Positions 17,276 to 26,483 of a DNA stretch of 64,000 nucleotides are shown piece by piece. Each line of letters opens with the position of its first letter. Positions within the stretch are counted from its first letter, which is position 1. The position numbers and the translations under genes were made by a program. Source of the DNA: an uncultured Candidatus Saccharibacteria bacterium (GTDB lineage Bacteria > Patescibacteriota > Minisyncoccia > Phycocordibacterales > UBA918); the NCBI GenBank assembly GCA_964593375.1, contig CAZQIF010000002.1, positions 7,197-71,196 on the forward strand, read 5' to 3'. A model generated the notes under the pieces. That model searched no databases, was not told the origin of the DNA, and saw nothing but the letters and a program-made list of their open reading frames with translations.

Positions 17276-17301
17276 AAATGTAGCACATATGTGCTACATT
17301 T
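17276..17301 (-). promoter_or_regulatory. Perfect 26-bp palindrome 6 nt upstream of dinJ ATG, a putative TA autoregulatory operator overlapping the promoter
   Basis: aaatgtagcaca-ta-tgtgctacattt. On the minus strand the context is ttgcaa-atgtagcacatatgtgctacattt-agaaat-ATG. Confidence 0.5.
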
Positions 17302-17395
17302 GCAATTTTATTTGTGTGTATTACGCACAACCCCGGCGCACCCAGAGGGCGCCACGGGGCTGTCACCTCCACCACACACTCCCTACCCCCCCCTA

Positions 17396-17424
17396 AAACT
17401 CCCTAGGGGAACCCTAGGGAGTTT
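17396..17424. other. Perfect 13-bp-stem palindrome/hairpin 10 nt past the stop of the 17434..17871 gene, within an unusually GC-rich 130-bp spacer
   Basis: aaactccctaggg-gaa-ccctagggagttt. There is no adjacent U-tract. Confidence 0.3.
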
Positions 17425-17433
17425 GACGATTCT

Positions 17434-17871
17434 CTATTTCACCAACTTATTTTTTCGGCGGTCATACATGAGATGCCCCGCTACAAAAAGTGCGGTGACT
17501 ATACCTAAGAAGTACATACCGAGTTGTGCCATGTGAATTTTGTCTATAGTACCTATACCTGAAGCATATACCGAAACGGCAATCACTCTGTTAATTGTTA
17601 TAAGAATAATTACTGGTGCAACGAAAATGAGCCACTTACGAAAGATATGTGAGGGAACAAAAAGTAGAGTAGCTAGAATAACAGCAAGGATCTTTCCTCC
17701 TGAATACATTGGATTAAATATCGCATCGTAAAAATTATAGTAACAATATACATCTTTTCCTTCGCACCAATTACTATAAGTTAAGTACATAAATAAAAGC
17801 ATAACAAAAACTAAAGCGAACAGAATTATATTAATGAGCTTATAGCCAGAAATTTTTTTAAAAATGTTCAT
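17434..17871 (-). CDS. Hypothetical 4-TM integral membrane protein
   Basis: 145 aa with four hydrophobic helices (INIILFALVFVMLLFMYL, ILAVILATLLFV, LIFVAPVIILITI, GMYFLGIVTALFVAG). No recognisable catalytic motif. Confidence 0.45.
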   Translation of the reverse strand: MNIFKKISGYKLINIILFALVFVMLLFMYLTYSNWCEGKDVYCYYNFYDAIFNPMYSGGKILAVILATLLFVPSHIFRKWLIFVAPVIILITINRVIAVSVYASGIGTIDKIHMAQLGMYFLGIVTALFVAGHLMYDRRKNKLVK

Positions 17872-17881
17872 GTTCTTTTTG

Positions 17882-20587
17882 TTAACCGTTTATAATACTT
17901 GTGATAATCCGCTCTAGTTTTTGATATTCCTCTTTTTTTATCTGTTTATGACTTTTATAAATCTCAAACATTGCAATAAGTTGTTTCAACATTACTTTTT
18001 CGACAATCTTAAGATTCGGGTATTTCGTTTTTTGCTTACCTGCCTGCTCAGCAAGTGCCACTAGGTTAGTAACTATTTTTCCCTGCGCCTTTGTAAGTCC
18101 AAGTGTTTTAATGACAAGACGCAAATCTGAATATGTATATCGTACCATTCCTCCATCTATGGTTGTTTCCCTATCAATAACACCATCGCCATTTAAGTCT
18201 GTCGTTATGGTAGTGAACGCTCCATCTTTTTTTGCATACATCGCAACCATATCTGGTGTAACTGTCGCATTTTGAAACTGATGCAGAATTGTCTGAGAAT
18301 TTGAGGTGCCTAGACGTGCAATAGTAAGCCCATATCCTCCAGTTGATTCTCCAAAAAGAGTTGTCTGATGCTCTGTGTCTTTAGGTATAACTAAGTATTT
18401 TGTATCTCCAAATTCAAAATATTGACTCATTGGAATATCTTCGATTATTTGCCGTTCATTGCCAACAATAATCACACCTGTTTGATTTCCCTGATTATCT
18501 TCTGCGAGCATGTGTACCGGTGAGTCAATAATTTCAATATCATACTCATCGCTGAAAGTAGTTTTACTCGTGGATATATAGTCGATATTTTCTGTCGAGG
18601 TTCCTAATTCGATTCTGGTTATTAAATCTTGAATCTGAGCAATTTCTGTCAGATTATAGTGTTTATATTTGCTTTTGGGGAAATCTTTTTTGATTTCACT
18701 TAAATCAACATAAAAAATATCCTTTTCCTTCTCGTATGCCGATGCCGACGTTTGAACCACCGTCTGATCTCCATACTTAGTAAGTTGTGCATAGGGCTTT
18801 AAGAATTTTCTTGGTGTACATATTGCTGGACCACCCGTAGAGACGCAGTCTTCTCCTTCAGTAATCGTTCGATACTCAATACCACGCATTGTCGGTAACC
18901 CAGTGCCAACAATCTCTATCACTTCAACACCATCAGGAGCAACCCAACTATCCAGTTTGTCTCGATGATTATCTAACGCTATCTGCAGTAGTGATTCGTT
19001 GGCTTTTGCTGGTACGGCAACGTCTCCACTTAATGTACGATTCGTATTATTCTCTGTACCAAGAAGAAATTGTTTGTAATCAGCAAATGAACTAATTGAA
19101 TTCCCATATTTCAAACGATATGAAGAAGTCTCTGAAGATTCTTCAAAAATAACAAGTGGTTCGCCATTGCTCACGAGATATTTTTCTGAAGGAAGGAGTC
19201 CATATGCCCCCGGCATATTATTGATTACCTCACGCGCAACATCAGCATCGGTAACCACTCCACCCAAACCATCACTTTGATCATATCCGTGCAATATCGT
19301 CCCAATTGCTTTTGGGGTACCGAGCTGTGGACTAGCTAAGAAAATCACTCGATCAACCAAATCATCTTTATCTGCCTCCTCAAGCTCAGTCAGAAGTGCT
19401 TTTGCAAGGAGACCACCATTTGAATGAGCAACAATGGTCACTTTCCCTGTATACGAACTACCGGATAATCGCGTCACCTCCTCGACGAGTGATTTGAGCT
19501 CATTTTCATACGGTGCTCCTGCTTCCACAATATCAAATACATCATACCGCCAATCGTAGGCAAACGAAGTGAACTCTTTCATTGGAACTGGGGCTGTTGT
19601 TAATTCTTCAAGAAAATCTAAAAAACCTCCATACACACTCCCGACCCCAAGACTTGAATCGATAACGTCACGCGTGTATATAACTTTTTCACTTAACCCG
19701 TCGGTTGACATTCTGAGGTCGCGTATATCTTGGCCAAAGTTCGCACTTGGTGGCCAGACTTGGTCTTCACTCCCCAATAAACCACCTTTGTACAACCGAC
19801 TCGCCTGAATCCCGGGAAGAAAAAGAATGTTTGAAACCCCCTGCGGCTCTGATGGTTCTGTAATAGTAAACGTAAGGGTAAATATGAACTCATTATAATC
19901 CGGTATGGTTTGTGCATGGGCGGTCGGAATAATATGTGCAAAGAGTTTATGCAGGAAACTCTCTTTGGTGAGTATGAGTTGGTACTCCTTTGAAACCAGC
20001 GTATATGTGCCAGCTCGTAACAATGGAAGTTGTGGGATAAAATTTTGGTCAACATAATCCGTATACTCAAAAAACAAGTTCAATGTTGCTTCGTCCATTT
20101 CCCAAGAAAGCTTTCTGTCTATAATTGCTGCAATAAATGGCTCAATATCAGTTCCTGCAGTAAAAAATTCTTCTGCCAATGCACGGTAATCAGTTTCTTT
20201 GGGCTCGGATAGGGTCGTATCAACATATCGGTAGTCATCGCCATCATGCAGAAAGAAGAGATGGTTCACGCCCGAGAGGTACGGTCTTCCATCCACTTCA
20301 TAATTTTGAGTCCCGTCTTCTGAAACTTGAATGGTATCACTATCATGAACGGCAACATCATTAATTTTGAGTGTGTACGGTGAATCGACATTTATCGTCG
20401 TGTCGAAAGGATTATTGCAGTCTTGAATGGGTGAAGTTTGAAGTGATGAACTAACATCAAACCAGTTTTCTGGTGCAATAATATTTCCGCACCCTGCTTG
20501 TGCAAAAGTAATAGCTGGTAGAAAAAAATAAAAACCGCACATGATGAGTAGTGCAGTAAGACCCATATAAACAGTTTTCATGCACAT
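17882..20587 (-). CDS. Secreted alpha/beta-hydrolase-fold lipase/esterase-like protein (GHSxG nucleophile elbow) with C-terminal Ca-binding dockerin/EF-hand-like motif
   Basis: N-terminal signal peptide (LTALLIMCGFYFFLPAITFAQA). The motif VTIVAHSNGGLLAKALL fits G-H-S-x-G (PGAP1/LCAT/lipase class 2-like). The C-terminus carries TDLNGDGVIDRETTIDGG. It is 901 aa. Confidence 0.55.
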   Translation of the reverse strand: MCMKTVYMGLTALLIMCGFYFFLPAITFAQAGCGNIIAPENWFDVSSSLQTSPIQDCNNPFDTTINVDSPYTLKINDVAVHDSDTIQVSEDGTQNYEVDGRPYLSGVNHLFFLHDGDDYRYVDTTLSEPKETDYRALAEEFFTAGTDIEPFIAAIIDRKLSWEMDEATLNLFFEYTDYVDQNFIPQLPLLRAGTYTLVSKEYQLILTKESFLHKLFAHIIPTAHAQTIPDYNEFIFTLTFTITEPSEPQGVSNILFLPGIQASRLYKGGLLGSEDQVWPPSANFGQDIRDLRMSTDGLSEKVIYTRDVIDSSLGVGSVYGGFLDFLEELTTAPVPMKEFTSFAYDWRYDVFDIVEAGAPYENELKSLVEEVTRLSGSSYTGKVTIVAHSNGGLLAKALLTELEEADKDDLVDRVIFLASPQLGTPKAIGTILHGYDQSDGLGGVVTDADVAREVINNMPGAYGLLPSEKYLVSNGEPLVIFEESSETSSYRLKYGNSISSFADYKQFLLGTENNTNRTLSGDVAVPAKANESLLQIALDNHRDKLDSWVAPDGVEVIEIVGTGLPTMRGIEYRTITEGEDCVSTGGPAICTPRKFLKPYAQLTKYGDQTVVQTSASAYEKEKDIFYVDLSEIKKDFPKSKYKHYNLTEIAQIQDLITRIELGTSTENIDYISTSKTTFSDEYDIEIIDSPVHMLAEDNQGNQTGVIIVGNERQIIEDIPMSQYFEFGDTKYLVIPKDTEHQTTLFGESTGGYGLTIARLGTSNSQTILHQFQNATVTPDMVAMYAKKDGAFTTITTDLNGDGVIDRETTIDGGMVRYTYSDLRLVIKTLGLTKAQGKIVTNLVALAEQAGKQKTKYPNLKIVEKVMLKQLIAMFEIYKSHKQIKKEEYQKLERIITSIING

Positions 20588-20656
20588 ACAATATCGAATT
20601 CTCCCAACAAATTCAGTAACTATATGTGCACAACAATATAATTGTTCAATTTACGA

Positions 20657-21361
20657 TTATGTATTCAAAATTATCTTTTTTGTTTTTTCAGTGTCAAACA
20701 TTTCTTCAGTCTCATTTATTTTTTCGATATCCTCTTCATGTGATGCTCCTACCTGCACCTCAAGTACATCAATTGCATGTTCTTCCGCTTCGAGGGTATG
20801 CCACACCCCTGGAAGATTTACCCTAACCTCACCTGTCGGCATAAAGAAAAACTCACTCCGTGTATTGTGACGTTGTAGCGAGAGACTCTTCCCTACTTCC
20901 ACATGAAGCATTTTTACTTTGAGATTCGGCATATCGAGCACAACATCATAGTAGCCCCAGCGGGTCACAACACGTTGCTTCCCATTAATTGCAGAGCTCG
21001 AACTGTATTTGCCTCCACCGAGCTCGAACACTGGCAGAATACCCAACTCATTACACACCGAAAGCTCTGGCGTATTCCCTTTCCCCCTATCTCCACCATT
21101 GCCAAAATAATCTGGTTTGATGCGACGAAGTGCTTCACACACGGTTCCGTCTGTATCATCAACTGCGTGCACGTGTGGTGTGTACGCTTCGAGTATTTTC
21201 TTTCGGTCGTTCCATGGTTGAAAATAGAACCCTTTCTTCCTAATAAGCCAGGCGTCACTGTTTGCGATAATATGCACCTCGCCATACTTCCCCGCTTCTT
21301 CAATCATCGCAATGTGTCCCGGATGGAGTGGGTCAAAACCTCCTGAAATAGCGATTCGTTT
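20657..21361 (-). CDS. Sugar-phosphate nucleotidyltransferase (cytidylyltransferase-like, RfaE/HldE domain II-type) fused to C-terminal cupin domain
   Basis: The N-terminus (from MKKRIAISGGFDPLHPGHIAMIEEA) has the (H/T)xGH nucleotidyltransferase motif, as in the HldE C-domain/TagD. The C-terminal half (HVEVGKSLSLQRHNTRSEFFFMPTGEVRV...) is a cupin barrel. The ORF-track start 21391 is probably upstream of the real start. Confidence 0.6.
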   Translation of the reverse strand, partial: KRIAISGGFDPLHPGHIAMIEEAGKYGEVHIIANSDAWLIRKKGFYFQPWNDRKKILEAYTPHVHAVDDTDGTVCEALRRIKPDYFGNGGDRGKGNTPELSVCNELGILPVFELGGGKYSSSSAINGKQRVVTRWGYYDVVLDMPNLKVKMLHVEVGKSLSLQRHNTRSEFFFMPTGEVRVNLPGVWHTLEAEEHAIDVLEVQVGASHEEDIEKINETEEMFDTEKTKKIILNT

Positions 21362-21448
21362 TTTCATACATATATGGAACACCATATTCATTCAGAAGGT
21401 GACAAAAGAAAGAGCTGGTTTCCCGACCCTTTTCAAAATTTCTGCTCC

Positions 21449-22048
21449 TTACCCTTTTGTATCTTCAAGAGCAAAGCTTTTGTCGAGAATTTCACACAAA
21501 ATATGAATAAGGAGAATATGACACTCCTGAATTCGTGGGGTTTCAAATGAAGGAACAATAATTTGCTCATGACACAAACCGAGTTCAGAAAGCTTTCCTC
21601 CATTTTTTCCCAAGAGTCCAAAAACTCGCATCCCTTTATCTCGTGCAGCCTGCGCTGCAAGAATCAAGTTCTCTGAATTTCCACTTGTTGAAATTACAAA
21701 AAGGGCATCCCCCGCAACCCCGTGTGCCTCAACCTGCCTTGCGAAAGCTGTCTCGAAAGAATGGTCATTTCCCCAGGCAGTGAGCGCCGACGTATCGGAA
21801 TGGAGAGCGAGTGCTGGACGCGCCTTACGTTTCAACATGAATTGACATGTTATTTCTGCAGCAAAATGTTGTGCATCTGCTGCACTTCCACCATTACCTG
21901 CAATGAGAAGCTTTCCTTGTTTGCGATATACAGAAATAAGCTCTTCTGCAATTCTTTCGATTGCACGTATTTGATTTATGTCGCCCACAACAAGTTTCTT
22001 TGTGCGTATTGAATCTTCAAATGCAGTTTTGATAGCGTCTTCAGACAT
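21449..22048 (-). CDS. gmhA: Phosphoheptose (sedoheptulose-7-phosphate) isomerase, SIS domain
   Basis: ...GKLLIAGNGGSAADAQHFAAE...ALHSDTSALTAWGNDHSFE...DALFVISTSGNSEN... is a typical GmhA SIS-domain signature. It is 199 aa. Confidence 0.85.
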   Translation of the reverse strand: MSEDAIKTAFEDSIRTKKLVVGDINQIRAIERIAEELISVYRKQGKLLIAGNGGSAADAQHFAAEITCQFMLKRKARPALALHSDTSALTAWGNDHSFETAFARQVEAHGVAGDALFVISTSGNSENLILAAQAARDKGMRVFGLLGKNGGKLSELGLCHEQIIVPSFETPRIQECHILLIHILCEILDKSFALEDTKG

Positions 22049-22250
22049 AAATCCTCCATTAATAAGAGTTCATTTGATATAACGTATACAAAAGCTAAAT
22101 AGTTTAGTTATTAATTATGTCCTTCCCAAATTGAATAATGGGTTGTAATTGGGAGACCTTTATAATATTAGTCATATTTACAGATATTCAGTTGAAAATA
22201 AATGCTATTATTTACGCATCATAATTACTCCAAATCTTTTTTAAATAGCA

Positions 22251-23516
22251 ATGAAAATACTTGAAACAATACGATACGAATATGCAAAAAAGAAACAATC
22301 CTTGAGTCATTTGTCCTTTTTTTCACTCGGAACTCTCATAATGACTTTCGGTGGATTTATATCCGTGGTAATTCTCGCTAATAACTTGAGCGTAAATGAT
22401 TACGGTAATTATAAATATGTTTTTTCAATGATCGGAATATTAGGCGCACTAAGTTTCACTGGTGGTTTTCGAAATACCGTCATACAGTCAACGGCAAAAG
22501 GCATGGATGGGATTGTGAGATATCTGTTCAAAATGAATCTCTCCCTTAGTTTTCCAATGTTACTGGGAGGAGTTGTTGTCGGATGCTATTACTTAATTAA
22601 CAATAATGAATTTCTTGGCTATTCAATAATAATTGCAACCACCTGTTCAGTAATTGGAAATAACGGGATTATTGCCTACGGCTACCTAAACGGAAGAAAA
22701 CTTTATGGACAATTACTCAAACTTCAATCAATTCAGAGCATCATTAATATATTGGTACTTTTTACGATTACTTTATTAACGAAAAATTTACTTATTATTA
22801 TAGCTACGAGTGTTATATCAACTGCTGGGATTTTAACTGCGTTTTACTACTACGTCGAAAAGAAGTTGCTTCGCAACAAAGAGACAGACACCTCGATTAT
22901 TAAGTATGGGAAACATCTAAACATATTGAGTGTAATCACTACTGTTATGATGAATATAGACAGTATTCTCATATTTAAAATAATCGGTTCACAAGGATTG
23001 GCTCTATATGCCCTAGCTACACCCTTTGTAGATCGAATAATCGGCTTTCTCAAGGGAACTTATTTCTTTGCTCTTCCAAAATTTACCGAACAAGGACACA
23101 CAAGTGCTCGTGTACACCTTTATAAACGAAGTCTGATTGGTCTATTTCTCGGGACTGCTGTCTTTGGCGTTTATTATCTTGCATCACCAATACTTTTTAA
23201 AATATTTTTTCCTAACTATCTTGAGGCAATCAATCTATCCAGACTGTTTGCCCTTAACATTCCAGTTATTGCACTTTCAATTTTGTCTGATGCCTTTCTC
23301 GACTCACTTGCTGAAATTAAATATAAATACATAGTCAAAGCTACAACTACTTCTTTTCGTATTGTCTTAATGCTTCTTCTCATCTTTCCATTCGGGATAG
23401 CAGGGGTTATTTGGTCAGAGCTGTTAGCACGCCTTGCGGGTACAGTTGCGACTGTTATTCTTATTGAACGTTATATGAAGAGTAATAAGATCCCACCAGT
23501 TTCTAATCCTGTATAA
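22251..23516 (+). CDS. wzx: Polysaccharide/O-unit flippase, Wzx-like (MOP superfamily)
   Basis: 421 aa with about 12 TM helices. The overall pattern matches polysaccharide biosynthesis protein/Wzx. An AT-rich divergent promoter region 22049-22250 is shared with gmhA. Confidence 0.7.
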   Translation: MKILETIRYEYAKKKQSLSHLSFFSLGTLIMTFGGFISVVILANNLSVNDYGNYKYVFSMIGILGALSFTGGFRNTVIQSTAKGMDGIVRYLFKMNLSLSFPMLLGGVVVGCYYLINNNEFLGYSIIIATTCSVIGNNGIIAYGYLNGRKLYGQLLKLQSIQSIINILVLFTITLLTKNLLIIIATSVISTAGILTAFYYYVEKKLLRNKETDTSIIKYGKHLNILSVITTVMMNIDSILIFKIIGSQGLALYALATPFVDRIIGFLKGTYFFALPKFTEQGHTSARVHLYKRSLIGLFLGTAVFGVYYLASPILFKIFFPNYLEAINLSRLFALNIPVIALSILSDAFLDSLAEIKYKYIVKATTTSFRIVLMLLLIFPFGIAGVIWSELLARLAGTVATVILIERYMKSNKIPPVSNPV

Positions 23517-23520
23517 AAAA

Positions 23521-23544
23521 GTGGCACACCCGAAGGCGTGCCAC
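23521..23544. terminator. Bidirectional intrinsic terminator between convergent wzx and neuB-like genes
   Basis: gtggcacacc-cgaa-ggcgtgccac, preceded by aaaaaa. This gives a U-tract on the minus strand, so it is canonical for the minus-strand neuB-like gene. Confidence 0.55.
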
Positions 23545-23565
23545 TCGAACCATCTTACAACTGCA

Positions 23566-24630
23566 TCAGAAGTCCTTAACCCGACGCAATTTTTCCATCA
23601 CAGAAACTTCCCGCGGGAGCACTTGCTTTGAATTCGTGCCCATAAGTGTCGGTACACGAACCATCTCCTCGGCTGAAGCCCATTCCTCTGGCGGAAGATG
23701 TCGCTGTGTTCCTCTCTTTGTTTCAATACGGCGGATGTCATCAACCAACATCCCAAACGTACTGGGCGTGATACTTGCCTTCTGATCGCTACCTGGCAAA
23801 TTCTGGTCCAGTGTGATGTGTCGTTCAACAACAACTGCACCGAGAGAGACTGCGAGCTTGGAAGCAAGTATGTCGCTCTCGTGACCACTGTATCCAATCG
23901 GAATACCATGGAACTCGTTCTTGAGTGCTTCGATGACAGCCATGTTTGCTTCTGCATCCGCACTCGGATAGGTCGCCACACAATGAAGGAGGATCAACCG
24001 TTCACGCCCGAGAACATGTACTGCCTTCCTGATTTGTTCCAGCGTTGAACCACCAGTCGAAAGGATTACCGGCCGTCCACAACGACGCACACGACGTAGA
24101 AGGTCTTCATGCGTGAGACAAGCCGAAGCAATCTTGTGAAAGTCGGGCTGAAACCCGTCAATCTCAAAGACGCTAATACCATCCCATGCACTTACCCCCC
24201 ACGCAACACCTTCCTCTTCGCAGCACTGCCGAATCATGTCCCATTCTTTCGGGCCGAATTCGAGAGAGTACTTCAAGTCGCTGTTGTACGTTGGCACGTC
24301 AGTTCCTTGGAGCCATCCTTCAAGGCGTTCCCGCTGACCCTCTTCCGGAAAAACAGGGCGAACCACACCTTCGATAACAGAACGCTTGAGAGCATTCTCA
24401 ACGAAACTCCGGTCAAACTTGCGAGACGTCCGAAGATCACCCTCAGAATAGACGATGGGTACATCGCGCTTCTGAAACTTCACCGCGTTCGCTCCCGCAT
24501 CTGCAGCTGCCCGAATGAGCTCGCATGCCATTTCAATCGAACCGTTGTGGTTAATGCCCACTTCAGCGATTGTGAAACACGGCGCTCCTTCGCCAATACT
24601 TGAATGACCTACCTGAACTTGTGCCATCAT
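23566..24630 (-). CDS. neuB: Nonulosonic acid (N-acylneuraminate / KDN-9-phosphate-type) synthase, NeuB family with C-terminal SAF domain
   Basis: CFTIAEVGINHNGSIEMACELIRAAADAGANAVKFQK is the NeuB/PseI/LegI signature. The TIM-barrel domain is followed by a SAF/antifreeze-like C-domain. It is 354 aa. Confidence 0.85.
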   Translation of the reverse strand: MMAQVQVGHSSIGEGAPCFTIAEVGINHNGSIEMACELIRAAADAGANAVKFQKRDVPIVYSEGDLRTSRKFDRSFVENALKRSVIEGVVRPVFPEEGQRERLEGWLQGTDVPTYNSDLKYSLEFGPKEWDMIRQCCEEEGVAWGVSAWDGISVFEIDGFQPDFHKIASACLTHEDLLRRVRRCGRPVILSTGGSTLEQIRKAVHVLGRERLILLHCVATYPSADAEANMAVIEALKNEFHGIPIGYSGHESDILASKLAVSLGAVVVERHITLDQNLPGSDQKASITPSTFGMLVDDIRRIETKRGTQRHLPPEEWASAEEMVRVPTLMGTNSKQVLPREVSVMEKLRRVKDF

Positions 24631-24795
24631 AATCTCCTCTTTGTGATTATGGCGGAGTAGATACTATCACCCGCCGTGAATAAGGGCAAACCTAGGGTTT
24701 ACGACCTTTTTGAGTATTTATTGCCATCAAATACTCCCCTCTGCATATTAAAAACACCCACACCAGGGGTAAAGTTTCAAAAAACATTCTCTTTA

Positions 24796-25311
24796 TTAAT
24801 ACACAATTGGAAGTCCTTTCGCGTCAAGAATCAAATCACAAAGTTCTCGGAGTGCATGGTCACCACCATTTCGAGTAAGTACTATATCGGCAACATTCTT
24901 TACTTCCTCATGTCCATCGGCAACTGTTACACCTATACCAGCATGCAAGATTGCATCAATGTCGTTTACATCATCACCAATAAAAACTACGTTCTCTATT
25001 GAAACTTTTTCTCGTTCTATGAGTGACGCAAGTATTTCTTTTTTTCCCACTCCACTTTCAATACCTTGGTAACATTCAATATCAAGTTTTTTGCATCGCG
25101 CGAGTACGACAGGATTTTTTTCTTTCGATATGACAAATAATTTGACTCCTGCTCGCTTGAGCATATTGAGTCCCAAACTGTCTCTTCGACTACATCGTAC
25201 ACTTTCGTGACCTTCATCACTAACATATACAAAACCATCTGTATGAACGCCATCGAAATCCATCACCAAGAGCGACGTATTCTTCAGTTGTTGAATTGGA
25301 TCTCTTGGCAT
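24796..25311 (-). CDS. HAD-IIIA phosphatase, KdsC family (candidate nonulosonate-9-phosphate / KDO-8-P phosphatase)
   Basis: LLVMDFDGVHTDG ... VFIGDDVNDIDAI are the KdsC/YrbI-type motifs. It is 171 aa. A neighbour on the same strand is the NeuB-like synthase. Confidence 0.8.
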   Translation of the reverse strand: MPRDPIQQLKNTSLLVMDFDGVHTDGFVYVSDEGHESVRCSRRDSLGLNMLKRAGVKLFVISKEKNPVVLARCKKLDIECYQGIESGVGKKEILASLIEREKVSIENVVFIGDDVNDIDAILHAGIGVTVADGHEEVKNVADIVLTRNGGDHALRELCDLILDAKGLPIVY

Positions 25312-25317
25312 AAACGC

Positions 25318-26277
25318 CTATATTTTGTAAAGAAATGCATTAAAAACTCGTTTTGAGGTATAAAGCAAATCATGCATATAATCTAAGTCAGTCTCTTTTG
25401 TGAGGCCTGTTGGTTCACCAGACAAGCCGATCTTTTTATTTAAGTACTTCAATACTGAACTCAGTTCAGATTTTGGATTAACTGTAACGACCACTTTATT
25501 ATAATTAAATTGTTTGAGGAGTTGAATTATTTTTTCCTTTTGTTCTCCACTTAAGAACATGGGGTGAAATTCAATCAATAGAGTAGCCCCTGCAGCAAGA
25601 GTTTTTTGCATACCTTCGAGTATAGATATCTCAAATCCTTCAACATCCATTCGCAAAAAATCAGGAGTCTTTCCAATCACTTTTTCAACAAAGGAATCTA
25701 CGGTGGTCATTGGTACTTTTTCAATTCCAATGACACCACCTTTCGCATCAGAAGGTAATTCTGTTAACGAGGACAGGTTCTTCTTTGAACGAATATAAAT
25801 GGAAATTTCTTTTTCCATATCGCCCATAGCCATTTGATATGTCTTCACATTATTCATTCCGTTCAGTTCAACATTTTTCTGTAGCAGCTTATGATTAGAG
25901 CTAACTGGTTCAACGGCATAGACTATTCCTGTACTACCGACTAAATTTGACTCGGGTAACGCATAATACCCAATATTTCCACCAATATCCAAAACAGTGT
26001 CACCTTTTTTAACAGTGTCCGAACCAAACAAATAGTTCACAGTGTACCGTTCTCTTACTCCGTGAATGATGAGCTCCTTCGACAAGCCATCATCATTCTT
26101 AAGGTTTAAATACATTTTTACGCCATTTATCTTAAGAATTTCGTAACCAAAAATATATTTTCTGAAAAGATAATATGGGTATTTAAGATTGTTTGGAATA
26201 ATTCTTATGAGCATTCTGTAAAAAAAATCCCTAATCCCATACTCTTTTACTTTCTTAAGGATAGATGTGATATTCAT
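25318..26277 (-). CDS. FkbM-family SAM-dependent methyltransferase
   Basis: TVLDIGGNIGYYAL...GIVYAVEP... and the C-terminal pattern are typical of the FkbM domain. Confidence 0.7.
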   Translation of the reverse strand: MNITSILKKVKEYGIRDFFYRMLIRIIPNNLKYPYYLFRKYIFGYEILKINGVKMYLNLKNDDGLSKELIIHGVRERYTVNYLFGSDTVKKGDTVLDIGGNIGYYALPESNLVGSTGIVYAVEPVSSNHKLLQKNVELNGMNNVKTYQMAMGDMEKEISIYIRSKKNLSSLTELPSDAKGGVIGIEKVPMTTVDSFVEKVIGKTPDFLRMDVEGFEISILEGMQKTLAAGATLLIEFHPMFLSGEQKEKIIQLLKQFNYNKVVVTVNPKSELSSVLKYLNKKIGLSGEPTGLTKETDLDYMHDLLYTSKRVFNAFLYKI

Positions 26278-26483
26278 AAATTGTGGTAATAAATAATGTA
26301 TTTAATCAAGCCTGTGCATAGTACGTTTCTTTAGCACCCATTGCAATACAACATATTATCATGGTTATAAGTTACACTTTGTTACATATTATCTTTACCA
26401 AGATAAATCAAAACCGGAGACGCTAAAGAATTCCTTCAAAGAGACCAGTGAGTTAAGAGAGGTTAAAAGAGAGTTTTTTGAAC

